Assembly (NCBI GenBank): GCA_946541745.1
Contig: CAMNJY010000001.1
Location: 1-62,085 of the forward strand
From: an uncultured Prevotellaceae bacterium
GTDB taxonomy: Bacteria > Bacteroidota > Bacteroidia > Bacteroidales > Bacteroidaceae
Direction: 5' to 3'
Length of the DNA stretch: 62,085 nt
This document shows positions 36,001-44,190 of this stretch, piece after piece. The notes below the pieces were generated by a model. The model was given only the letters and a program-made list of their open reading frames with translations, searched no databases and was not told the origin of the DNA. Position numbers and translations under genes: made by a program. Position 1 is the stretch's first letter, and the number at the start of each line of letters is the position of its first letter.

Positions 36001-37150
36001 GGGAGCGGGCGACGGCCTTAGCCTGAGCGTCAGCGACACCGGTTACGGCATTCCCCGCGACGCCCTGCCCCACATCTTCGACCGCTACTATCAGGCCGGC
36101 AGCGCCCACCAGGCCTCGGGCACCGGCATCGGCCTGGCACTGGTCAAGTCGCTGGCCGATCTCCATGAAGCCACCCTCAGCGTCGACAGCGAGGTGGGCT
36201 ATGGCAGCCGCTTCACCTTCACCCTGATGGCCGGCAACACCTACCCCAACGCCCTGCACAAGGAAGACAAGGAGGACGACCGGCAGAGCCTGGCCGGACG
36301 GCAGGCGGACATCGCCGCCAGCGAGGACGAACAGGAGCCTGAGGAACAGCAGCCACTGCTGCTCATAGTGGAGGACAACGACGACATACGCCAGTACATA
36401 GCCGACTCGCTGGGCGACGACTACCGCATAGTGCAGGCCGCCAACGGACAGGAGGGCGTAGACGCCGCCACGCAATACATGCCCGACATCATCGTCAGCG
36501 ACATCATGATGCCCCGCATGAACGGCATAGAGCTGACACGACGCCTCAAGGACGACATACGCACCAGCCACGTGCCCATCATTCTGCTCACCGCCAAGGA
36601 CTCCGACCTCGACAAGGAGGAGGGCTACGAGAGCGGCGCCGACTCCTACCTCACCAAGCCTTTCACCGCCAAGCTCCTGGCCAGCCGCATCAGAAACCTG
36701 CTGGCCAGTCGCCGGCGGTTGGCCGAACTGCTGTCGGCGGCGGGCAGTCAGGTGGTGCACAAGGACGGCAACGCGCCTCAGCAGGCGCCTCCTGAAGCCA
36801 CCGGGCCTATGGCCACGCTCAGGCAGCTGGACCGTGAGTTCATGGAACAGCTGAACAAGGTCATCGAGGAGAACATCATGCTGGCCGACATCGACATGAC
36901 ATTCCTCACCGACAAGATGGCCATGAGCCACTCCACCCTCTACCGCAAGGTGAAGGCACTCACCGGCCTTACCGCCAAGGAATATGTGCGCAAGCGCCGC
37001 TTGCACCACTGCTACCTGCTGCTGCAGAGCGGCAACTACAACGTCAGCGAGGCGGCCATGATGACGGGTTTCAACCAGATGGCACACTTCCGCGAGGTGT
37101 TTAAGAAGGAGTTCGGCCTGCTGCCGTCCGAGCTGGTGAAAGCTGGTTGA
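33089..37150 (+). CDS. Hybrid two-component system sensor kinase/response regulator (HTCS)
   Basis: Reg_prop repeats, Y_Y_Y domain, TM helix, FFTNITHELRTPLTLI, GTGIGL, receiver SDIMMP, AraC HTH. Confidence 0.97.
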   Translation: MTRRKLNIHSWMVAACWLLVNAATAQNRSISLQDGLCNNFVLATALDGQGNLWVGTETGLNCIAGRTVTSYRREQMGSSNDKILSLYYDRHCDRLLIGTEHELLSYDGRTDRFCHPADSNLVTRRGLTCIATDHRQGVWLVFFNGVVQHMDCTTGRVTTLPARLPAARRVMDDGRGHLYVGHNKEGMSIVNLQNPRDVKHYRHNNDDPASLPGNNVRCLLNDSRGRVWVGTDRGLALFDAAAGSFTTVRHTAGGSLPDNVYDVKEMAGGQLWVASDVGGISVVTPSATVPVGGYTYNDDVAITVSSLNTRTILQDDYQNVWVGNHSTGLDFIPARRPFLSWLDYTDERGRPRHVYGIAGDSQGRLWVSSEDELSLWARRPGPDRALHLQGRWHVGAMKHRAHSFARCLMADSQGCLWMGMEDEGVIRFDTRTQRFEPIDIGYDVCDIHSFYEDGDGAVWIGAEHGVCRYYQGRVSHATMIDSLAERAPVTSFLRLSTGELLLTTQGSGIVAVNTTTMKARRLMMADGLPSNNINQALADRRQGLWLATNEGLVRIADPTDLTRFDVYSTSDGLTDRQVWAVRQDRQGRLWGSTYSSLVCLDPATGRFYNYGQQGQLAVNGSIEGAAAAVDGALLAFGSTGGVCYFMPDDTEVQPRVAPVRISLCEAYWPIEGENATRRLVADSNGRITTAYDQNTLRIAYTVDDYAQTDDVEYSYMMIGLSDKWYYNGSDDDVMFRNLRPGYYTFVLRAKLKSQEWDDAVTTRLSLCITPPFWLSWWACLFYVLLVAAAAWWLFRQYRRRLALRASLEMARRESLQKQELNEERLRFFTNITHELRTPLTLILGPLDDLTADPQLPAPYRRKVGLISKSALRLHDLINQILEFRKTETQNRRLTVARGDLGAFVKETVLNFAELNRNPQVQITAEVAGDLPAVYYDSEVITTILTNLLANAMKYTERGLVSVILRKTPLPGGAGDGLSLSVSDTGYGIPRDALPHIFDRYYQAGSAHQASGTGIGLALVKSLADLHEATLSVDSEVGYGSRFTFTLMAGNTYPNALHKEDKEDDRQSLAGRQADIAASEDEQEPEEQQPLLLIVEDNDDIRQYIADSLGDDYRIVQAANGQEGVDAATQYMPDIIVSDIMMPRMNGIELTRRLKDDIRTSHVPIILLTAKDSDLDKEEGYESGADSYLTKPFTAKLLASRIRNLLASRRRLAELLSAAGSQVVHKDGNAPQQAPPEATGPMATLRQLDREFMEQLNKVIEENIMLADIDMTFLTDKMAMSHSTLYRKVKALTGLTAKEYVRKRRLHHCYLLLQSGNYNVSEAAMMTGFNQMAHFREVFKKEFGLLPSELVKAG

Positions 37151-37230
37151 AATCCAGGCCCTGGATTTTTCAAAAGGGACTCCCTTTCGTGCAAAAGGGA
37201 GTCCCTTTTGCACGAAACGGACTCCCTTTT
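37149..37230. repeat. Dispersed element copy 2 (inverted relative to 13461-13545)
   Basis: AAATCCAGGCCCTGGATTT hairpin followed by GA(C/G)TC-centred palindromes at 37178, 37199 and 37220. Confidence 0.9.
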
Positions 37231-37303
37231 AAAATTAAAGAAAAAAATCTGTTTGCCTCATCGCCCAGTCTGTTCACCTTTGGGAAGGGAAACAAACAAC
37301 CGG

Positions 37304-37335
37304 CCTACCCCTCCCCTCCCATTAGGGAGGGGCTT
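37304..37335. repeat. REP-like palindrome CCCCTCCC-ATTA-GGGAGGGG
   Basis: Same core hairpin as the rnr and DUF559 repeats; lies just past the GH2 stop codon. Confidence 0.7.
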
Positions 37336-37344
37336 CCGGAAAAG

Positions 37345-40137
37345 TCAAAACCCGCCCGCGACGATGTCGCTGAACTTCATGAGGTAGGTGTCATACTGTG
37401 TCACGAAGGGCCGGAAGGGGGCAGGAACGGCGCAAGGCCGTCCGAACAGCCGCTGCACGGCGGCCGGCATGCGGGCCGCCTCTATGCGGTAGAGGCGGAA
37501 GTGGCCGCTGAACGACGGGATGTCGCCGACGGGGAAGGCCGTGCGGCGGAACTTAGGTCCCTGTCCGCTGACAGCCGCATTGACGGTGAGCACCAGGCCG
37601 AGGTCTGTCTGTTCGTAGTTCAGGCTGAGGGCATCGCCGACGACGAGCAGGCCGTTGCCTAAGCTGTCGGTGAGCAGGGCGGCATCCACCCCCATGCGGT
37701 TGCCCTCGAAGTAGAGGTCGTCCTTGTGCTTGGCCCACAGGCCGTAGCGGTTGGCCTGACAGCGGCCGGGGTAGGAGGGCAGCGGCCCCAGGCCCATCCA
37801 CTGCACGCGGTCGATGCGCCGGTCGAGCAGGAAGGCCAGTCCCAGCTCGGCGCGGAACACGTCGGCGCTGTCGGGCCTCAGCGTGAAGCTGACGGCCTCG
37901 CCGCCCTCAATGTGCTGGCGCTGCACGGTGGCCCGCACCTGGCTGTTGTCCAACGGCAGCAGGTATCTGTCAGGCAGCCGGCCTTTCTGCGTCACCTTCT
38001 CGGCCAGCGTGGGCTTGCGGCCTGCCCGCACCAGCGGCCCCTGCTGCACCGCCGTCGCCACGTCGCCGCTGCCCGTCCAGCCGGCGGAGGGCTTGTGGAG
38101 CACGAAGCTCTGGTGGAGGAATACGTGCCCCTGGGCATCCTCAATGTCGACCAGCAGTAGCGAGAAACTGCTCTGGGTAGGCAGGTCTAAGGTGTAGGTC
38201 GTTGAGTCGTGGGGCTCACAGGCGGGCGAGAAGGCGCCGCGCCTCACGGTGTCGCGGTCGTTGGTCAGTGCCCAGCTGAAGGTGACGTTGTCTTTCAGGT
38301 TGATGAAGTCATAGCGGTTGTGGACGACGAGCGTTGGGCGCTGGCCGCTGCCGGCTATGGTTACGAAGGCGCGGGCGTAGTTGCGCTGCAGCTCGTAGTA
38401 GTTGGGCAGGGGGGTGCGGTCGGCGTAGAGCAGGCCGTCGGTGCCTTTGTTGCCGCACATCTCGAAGCCGCCGCCGTCAGGTGTGTAAACCTTCTCCTCG
38501 TAGCCATAGACAGTCGTGGGTCGAGTGTTTCCCTCTCCGGTCGGAGAGGGGGTGGGGGAGAGGCCCATGCCCTGGTCTACCCACTCCCATACCGAGCCGC
38601 CGGCGATGCCGGGCGTGCGCTCGATGATGTCCCACTGGCGGTCGTGGTCCTCGAACGAAATGCCCAGTGTGTGGCAGTATTCGGTGAAGATGACGGGGCG
38701 GTCCAGGTGCTGGTAGAAACCGGCTATCTGTTCGGTGGTAGGATAGTGGGGGGCATAGACAGGCGCTGCCGACGGGAAGGGACTCCCCTCGCCAGTCGTT
38801 GAGGGGGCGGGGGTGTGGCTCCAGAACCGGCGGAAGTAGCTGCCCACCTGCGGGTAGCAGTAGGGGCGGGTGGGGTCGAGCCGGGTCTTCACATAGTCGC
38901 CAAGGCGTATGCAGATGTCGGTCAGGGGGTTCTCGTTGCCGAGACTCCAAATGAGCACCGAGGGGTGGTTCTTGTCGCGGCGGATGGTGGCCTCGGCCCG
39001 CTGCTGCAGCACGGGGTAGAACTCCTCCTTCTGAAGGTTCTTGTCGCCGTAGCCGAAGGGCACCTCGTCGATGATGTAGAAGCCCAGCGAGTCGGCCAGT
39101 TCGTAGAAGCGCGGTTCGCGGGGATAGTGGCTGGTGCGGATGTAGTTCACTGACGCCTCCTTCATCAGGCGCATGTCGCGCAGGGTAAGGTCGTCGGAAA
39201 CGACCTTCACCGTGTGGGGGGAGGTGGAGTGGCAGGTGACGCCGCGCAGCTTGATGGGCCGGCCGTTGAGCTTGAGCACGTTGCCGTCGATGGTCAGTTC
39301 GCGGAATCCGAACCTGTGCTCAAACCTCTGCAGCGTGCCCTTTTTGTTGCTGAGCGTGGTGCGCAGGGTGTAGAGGTAGGGCGTCTCGGCGGTCCAGAGG
39401 TGGGGGTTGGCCACGCGGTCGGTGCCCACCACCCGGCCGTTGTTGTCCAGAATCTCGTGGCTGACGGTGGCGCCCTTCTGGTTGGCGACGATGGTCTTGA
39501 CGTTCACCTCGCCCGTGTTCTTGGTGGTGATGGTGAGGTCGCTGAGGTGGGTCTCAGGCACGGCCATCAGCGTCACGTCGCGGAAAATGCCGCAGGGTGC
39601 CCAGTCGTCGTTGTAGTCGAAGTCGCTGCCGGGAAACTGGGTGATGACCCGCAAGGCCAGTTGCTGGGGGCCCCACTCCCGGCTTTTCCCCTTGGACGGG
39701 CAGGGGGTGAGCAAGTCTGTAATGTCGAAGAGCGCCGTGTTGTAGCCCGAGCGCCAGGAGCCTGCGGATTGGCCGTTGACCCAGAGGTCGTAGCCGTAGA
39801 GCACGCCGTCGAAGCGCAGCACGATGCGCTGCCCTCGCCACGCCTGCGGCACGGTGAACTGCGTGCGGTAGTAGCCCGTCAGCGGGCGGGCTTTGTCGTA
39901 GCTCGGCTTGCTGAATCCGTACTGCTCCCAGCAGCCGGGCACGGGGATTGTGCCCCAGGTGTGGTCGGTCAGGGGCACCGTCGTGTCGTCGCTGATACCC
40001 TCCACCACCTTCAGCCTCCACTCGCCGTTGAGCGACCGTTTCATTGCGGGGTCGGTCACGGGCAGAATCTGCGCCACTGCGTGGCTAAATGCTAAGTGAT
40101 AGATGATAAATGATAAATATACAAGTAGCTTTTTCAT
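37345..40137 (-). CDS. GH2 glycoside hydrolase (beta-galactosidase-like)
   Basis: SLNGEW, LRFDGV, GIFRDV, LWTAETPYLY, IRTSHYP, RDKNHPSVLIWSLGNE, EYCH, WEWVDQG, DGLLYADRTP. Confidence 0.93.
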   Translation of the reverse strand: MKKLLVYLSFIIYHLAFSHAVAQILPVTDPAMKRSLNGEWRLKVVEGISDDTTVPLTDHTWGTIPVPGCWEQYGFSKPSYDKARPLTGYYRTQFTVPQAWRGQRIVLRFDGVLYGYDLWVNGQSAGSWRSGYNTALFDITDLLTPCPSKGKSREWGPQQLALRVITQFPGSDFDYNDDWAPCGIFRDVTLMAVPETHLSDLTITTKNTGEVNVKTIVANQKGATVSHEILDNNGRVVGTDRVANPHLWTAETPYLYTLRTTLSNKKGTLQRFEHRFGFRELTIDGNVLKLNGRPIKLRGVTCHSTSPHTVKVVSDDLTLRDMRLMKEASVNYIRTSHYPREPRFYELADSLGFYIIDEVPFGYGDKNLQKEEFYPVLQQRAEATIRRDKNHPSVLIWSLGNENPLTDICIRLGDYVKTRLDPTRPYCYPQVGSYFRRFWSHTPAPSTTGEGSPFPSAAPVYAPHYPTTEQIAGFYQHLDRPVIFTEYCHTLGISFEDHDRQWDIIERTPGIAGGSVWEWVDQGMGLSPTPSPTGEGNTRPTTVYGYEEKVYTPDGGGFEMCGNKGTDGLLYADRTPLPNYYELQRNYARAFVTIAGSGQRPTLVVHNRYDFINLKDNVTFSWALTNDRDTVRRGAFSPACEPHDSTTYTLDLPTQSSFSLLLVDIEDAQGHVFLHQSFVLHKPSAGWTGSGDVATAVQQGPLVRAGRKPTLAEKVTQKGRLPDRYLLPLDNSQVRATVQRQHIEGGEAVSFTLRPDSADVFRAELGLAFLLDRRIDRVQWMGLGPLPSYPGRCQANRYGLWAKHKDDLYFEGNRMGVDAALLTDSLGNGLLVVGDALSLNYEQTDLGLVLTVNAAVSGQGPKFRRTAFPVGDIPSFSGHFRLYRIEAARMPAAVQRLFGRPCAVPAPFRPFVTQYDTYLMKFSDIVAGGF

Positions 40138-40165
40138 TCGGGCTTAGTATTCAGTTTTTCAATCT

Positions 40166-42313
40166 TCAATTTCCAGTCTTCAAGGATTTAAATTTCAGGT
40201 CAATCTTCGTGTACTTGTGGTCGCTGTTCCAGTGCTCAAAGAGTCCGAGGGGGCGCGTCAGGGGCTTGCCCTCCTGCTTGTAAATAGTGCCGCTGGGCGT
40301 GTTGGGAATGGTGGCGGCTTCGCGCAGGTACTCGTCGCAGTAGTTCAGGCTTTGGAACTCTGGCCACTCGTTGATGATGATGTCCATGGCCACGGCATCG
40401 CAGGCCACCTCGTCCTGGCTGACGATGAGCGAGCAGGCCCAGTCGCCGTTGAAAGGCTCCTTCATCCACTTGGGGTTGGGCGCCCCGTTGACGTCGCGCG
40501 AGCCGTAGGTGCCGTCGATGAGCAGCAGCAGCGCTTTCTGGCCCATGTTGCGATGGGCAAGCCAGTCGACGAAGGTCTTGTACTGCGGCTTGCCGTGGCG
40601 CTTGTCCTGGCTCACGTTGTTGTGGGCGTTCTGCCGCCAGAGCAGGTTGATGTCCGTGGCGCCGTACCAGTTCTTGGTGGTCAGCGTCACGCCGGGGCCG
40701 TTGTGGGTCTTCAGCAGGGCCGAGTTGATGAGGTAGTCGGCGTCGGCTATGCACTTGGCCAGGCCGCGCGCCATCTTGCCGTTGTCAACCGAGTAGACAA
40801 TCTGTTCGGGATAGTACTCGCACTTCTCACGGCCGTCGCCGCCGATGTTGTCGATGAAGCGCACCAGGGGAAATGCCCTGTGCACCTTATTATATATGGA
40901 GTCGGTGATGGCCCGCGAGGGCTCGCAGAGCACGATGTCCTGCTCCCTGACGCCGCCGTCGCGCACCAGTGAGCGCACCAGCGACAGCGTGACGAAGGGC
41001 GACGAGTTGAGCTCGATGGTGTCGTGGTGGGTGATGGCGTTGTTCATGTTCAGCTTCACGGCTATCATCTCGCCCCGCTTGTAGCCCCGGTTGCCGCGGC
41101 CGTGGGTCTTGTTGAAGTGCCTGAACAGCGCCTGCCATGCCTTCTTGGCCGTGGGTTCACCCGTCAGTTGCATCACCGCCTCGGGCACCATCAGATCGGC
41201 CTTTGACTGGTCGTTCCACCGGTCCTCCACCCAGAGGCCGGTCTTGCCGTCCCACCGGGCTACGCCCGGCGCATGCACCCAGGCCACCCGGCCCGGATGG
41301 ATGCCCCGGCCCTCGCCCAGCGGCTCGTTAGGCCCTACAAACAGCCTGGGCCGCTGGGCGTTGAATTCGCCGAAGAAGAGGCGGTCGCGATTGACGGCTT
41401 CGTCCAGCAGCTGGATGGTGGTCGACGGGCCGAGGTCGGGGTCTTTCCAGGCGCAGAGCTGCCAAACCACGCGCCCGTCCTTGTCGACCTCGATGGCCTG
41501 CACGGGGGCGTTGGCCGAGTCCATCGGTTGCTTGTTCCACTCGTTGTACCAGTTGTTCACGATGTGGTTGCCGTTTTTCAGGCGCACCGTCTTCTGTGGC
41601 TGCGTGACGCCGTACTTTGTTACGTCCAGCTGCCACACCGTCTGCCCCTGGCGGTTGATTTCCTGGATGAGGCCCTTGCGGCCGGTGACGATGAGGTTGC
41701 CCGTCTTGGCCACCTCCTGCACCGACCAGGGCAGGAAGCCGGTCCAGCGGTCCACCTCGCGGCCTTCGCTGGTGTACTCATGGATGCAGCCCAAGGCCAT
41801 GTTGGCCACCAGGAGGGTACCCCTCGACGAGAGGCAGGCATTGCGGAACTGTCCGTGGACGGAACCCTTCTCTGACACCGGCAGCTCAAACTCGCGGACG
41901 ATGCGCTTGGAGGGTATCTCCATGACCACCGCCTTGGCGGGCCGGCCGTTCTGCACGAACACCACGTGGCTGTGCCCTATGGGCTGCGCGGTGTGTATCT
42001 CCGTGCCCTCGGGGGCTGGATACTGCCAGAGGGTGGCTCCGTCCTTGTCGACTTCGGCCACGCCATACTGGTGGGCTACCAGTATGTGGCCGTCGGTCAT
42101 GAGCACGGCATCGCTGATCTCGCCGCGACGGAGCTGGTCGTTGTAGCTCCAGCTGACCCGCCCGTCGCTGACAATGAACATGCGCCGCTGCTTGCTCTGT
42201 CCGGCGTAAAAGAAGTTGTGACGGCTCAGGCTGTTGTCAGGTGTCGTTGCCGGCTGTGCCGACACCGCCAGTGGCATGAGCGAAGCGACGAACGCTAAAA
42301 ACGCTTTTTTCAT
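40166..42313 (-). CDS. Secreted beta-propeller plus DUF362-like domain protein
   Basis: N-terminal ~320 aa with repeated E.d..G..vW motifs; C-terminal half with IAVKLN.N, DADYLIN.ALLKTH..GVTLT.KNWYG, D.VA.D. Confidence 0.7.
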   Translation of the reverse strand: MKKAFLAFVASLMPLAVSAQPATTPDNSLSRHNFFYAGQSKQRRMFIVSDGRVSWSYNDQLRRGEISDAVLMTDGHILVAHQYGVAEVDKDGATLWQYPAPEGTEIHTAQPIGHSHVVFVQNGRPAKAVVMEIPSKRIVREFELPVSEKGSVHGQFRNACLSSRGTLLVANMALGCIHEYTSEGREVDRWTGFLPWSVQEVAKTGNLIVTGRKGLIQEINRQGQTVWQLDVTKYGVTQPQKTVRLKNGNHIVNNWYNEWNKQPMDSANAPVQAIEVDKDGRVVWQLCAWKDPDLGPSTTIQLLDEAVNRDRLFFGEFNAQRPRLFVGPNEPLGEGRGIHPGRVAWVHAPGVARWDGKTGLWVEDRWNDQSKADLMVPEAVMQLTGEPTAKKAWQALFRHFNKTHGRGNRGYKRGEMIAVKLNMNNAITHHDTIELNSSPFVTLSLVRSLVRDGGVREQDIVLCEPSRAITDSIYNKVHRAFPLVRFIDNIGGDGREKCEYYPEQIVYSVDNGKMARGLAKCIADADYLINSALLKTHNGPGVTLTTKNWYGATDINLLWRQNAHNNVSQDKRHGKPQYKTFVDWLAHRNMGQKALLLLIDGTYGSRDVNGAPNPKWMKEPFNGDWACSLIVSQDEVACDAVAMDIIINEWPEFQSLNYCDEYLREAATIPNTPSGTIYKQEGKPLTRPLGLFEHWNSDHKYTKIDLKFKSLKTGN

Positions 42314-42343
42314 ACTATGGATATTATGGATGTTCAGGCTTTG

Positions 42344-43079
42344 TTATTTCACTACGGTCTTCCGCCCGTCAATGATGTAAATCCCCTTTCGGCCGGCCTT
42401 TGCCACCCGCTGTCCGCTTAGGGTGTAGACGGTCTGTGGGCATGACGACTGGCGGCTGACGGTGCTGATGCCTGTCAGCTCGCCGTGCCCTATGAGGGTG
42501 GCCTCGACAAAGTAGATGTGGCAGCCGTTGGTGTTGCAGACGATGACGTCGGCTGTCTCGGCGGCTTGCCATGTCTGCTCGGTGTAGGTCTGTGGCACGG
42601 CTGGTCAGCACCACCGGCTCGGTGTAACGCTGTGAGCGGGCCGGGTCGTTGCTGCCGGTGAGGTTGAACCATATCTCGGCTTCCTCGTCAGCTCCGCTGA
42701 TGGTGACGGTAGCCCGGCCGGGTTCGTAGGCCACGTCGATGGTGGGTTCCAGGGCTTGGTCCTTCAGGTCAACCACCTGCTCGGCCACGTCGCTCAGCAG
42801 GTAGCCGTCGGCTATGACCACTGCCTTGACAGTGGTCTCGGCGGTCACGTTAAAAGGTTCGGTGTAGACGGTGCTCCCGGTGGTGGGCGTGCTGCCGTCG
42901 AGCGTGTAGTAGATGACGGCTCCCGTCAGTCCGCTCTTTAGCGTCACGTCCGTGTTCATGCGCTTGTAGCTGAGTGTCACGGTAGGCTTGGGAGCCGGAG
43001 TCACTTGTGACTTTGAGCCTGCTAACAGGTTGACGGCATTGCTGATGATGACGGCGGCCGAAGTAAAGATTCTTTTCAT
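42344..43079 (-). pseudogene. Frameshifted, internally deleted T9SS cargo gene (Fn3-associated/chitobiase-like repeats plus CTD)
   Basis: Signal-like start, IYYTLDGSTPT..S..YTEPF repeats, and a frame change near 42595 to a CTD (TGISTV..VYTLSGQRV....KGIYIIDGRKTVVK). No catalytic domain. Confidence 0.7.
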
Positions 43080-43251
43080 AGTCGTCCGGTGATTGATTGT
43101 TTAACGTTCTGTCTGTTGAAATGGTTTTACGGTGCAAAGTTACACAGAAAACCTCAAACCGGACGGCCGGAAAATCGTCAAAGAGGCTATGTTAAGTAGT
43201 CGCTGCCGGACACTTTTTCGGCATTGATGGTACACAAATCGTGCAGCCCTG

Positions 43252-44148
43252 TCAGTCGCGCTCTATCAGCACCACGGCATAGGCTGAAATACCCTCCTCA
43301 CGGCCTGTGAAGCCGAGGTGCTCGGTGGTGGTGGCTTTGATGGAAATGTCGTCTTCGTCGCAGCCGATGATCTCAGCCATGCAGGCCTTCATCTGCGGGA
43401 TGTGGGGATTCATCTTAGGACGCTCGGCGCATATAGTAGCGTCGATATTCACCAGACGGTAGCCCTTAGTGGCTATCAGGTCGATGGTCTTGGCGAGAAT
43501 CACCTTGCTGTCCATGCCGTCGGTCTCGGTGGCGGTGTCGGGGAAGTGGTAGCCTATGTCGCGCATGTTGGCAGCCCCGAGCAGGGCGTCGCTGATGGCG
43601 TGTATCAGCACGTCGGCGTCGCTGTGGCCCAGCAGTCCTTTCTCGTGGGGAATCTTGATGCCGCCCATCCACAGGTCGCGGCCCTCTACTAACTGATGGA
43701 CATCGAAGCCCATTCCAACTCTAAACCCACCCCCGGCCTCTCCCCGAGGGAGGGGAGCTTGTGGCTGACGATCTTTTATGGCATCGATTATTTCTTCCAC
43801 GACGCTTTCTGGGTTGCCGATGATTTCTTCATTAGTAAACCGCAACACTTCATAGCCTTCATTGTTAAGATCTTCTGTGCGCCGGGCATCCTGTTCCGGT
43901 TGCTCTCCCTCAAGGTGATGGCCGCCGTCAATCTCAACAATCAGCCGGCTTTTCAGGCTGACAAAATCAGGGATATATCCATGCACCGGGTGCTGTCTTC
44001 TAAAATGAGTGCCTAATTGGTCGTCAGATAGGTATTTCCACAAGATACGTTCAGCCTCAGTCGGGTTTCTGCGCAACTTGCGGGCCTTCTCTATCAATAA
44101 TTGGTAGGTTGCAGCATCCGTAGTTTCATATCTTTTCTTCATAATCAC
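43252..44148 (-). CDS. ispF: Fusion: DUF559 (Vsr-like) endonuclease domain plus 2-C-methyl-D-erythritol 2,4-cyclodiphosphate synthase
   Basis: aa ~1-130: LRRNPTEAERILW, FRRQHP, YIPDF, IVEIDGGHH, D..R...L...GY.VLRF.NEEI. From aa ~143: RVGMGFDVH, GHSDADV..HA..DALLGA, DIG.HFPDT, KATTTEHLGFTGREEGI. Confidence 0.93.
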   Translation of the reverse strand: MIMKKRYETTDAATYQLLIEKARKLRRNPTEAERILWKYLSDDQLGTHFRRQHPVHGYIPDFVSLKSRLIVEIDGGHHLEGEQPEQDARRTEDLNNEGYEVLRFTNEEIIGNPESVVEEIIDAIKDRQPQAPLPRGEAGGGFRVGMGFDVHQLVEGRDLWMGGIKIPHEKGLLGHSDADVLIHAISDALLGAANMRDIGYHFPDTATETDGMDSKVILAKTIDLIATKGYRLVNIDATICAERPKMNPHIPQMKACMAEIIGCDEDDISIKATTTEHLGFTGREEGISAYAVVLIERD

Positions 44149-44188
44149 TTTTTAAACTCCCCTCCCATGGGAAGGGGTTGGGGGTGGG
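43726..44188 (-). mobile_element. Putative DUF559 endonuclease cassette bounded by 32-bp imperfect inverted palindromic repeats
   Basis: Left repeat CCCACCCCCGGCCTCTCCCCGAGGGAGGGGAG (43726-43757). Right repeat, reverse-complemented, CCCACCCCCAACCCCTTCCCATGGGAGGGGAG (44157-44188). They are 26/32 identical, and the interior is visibly more AT-rich than the flanks. Confidence 0.65.
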
Positions 44189-44190
44189 TA

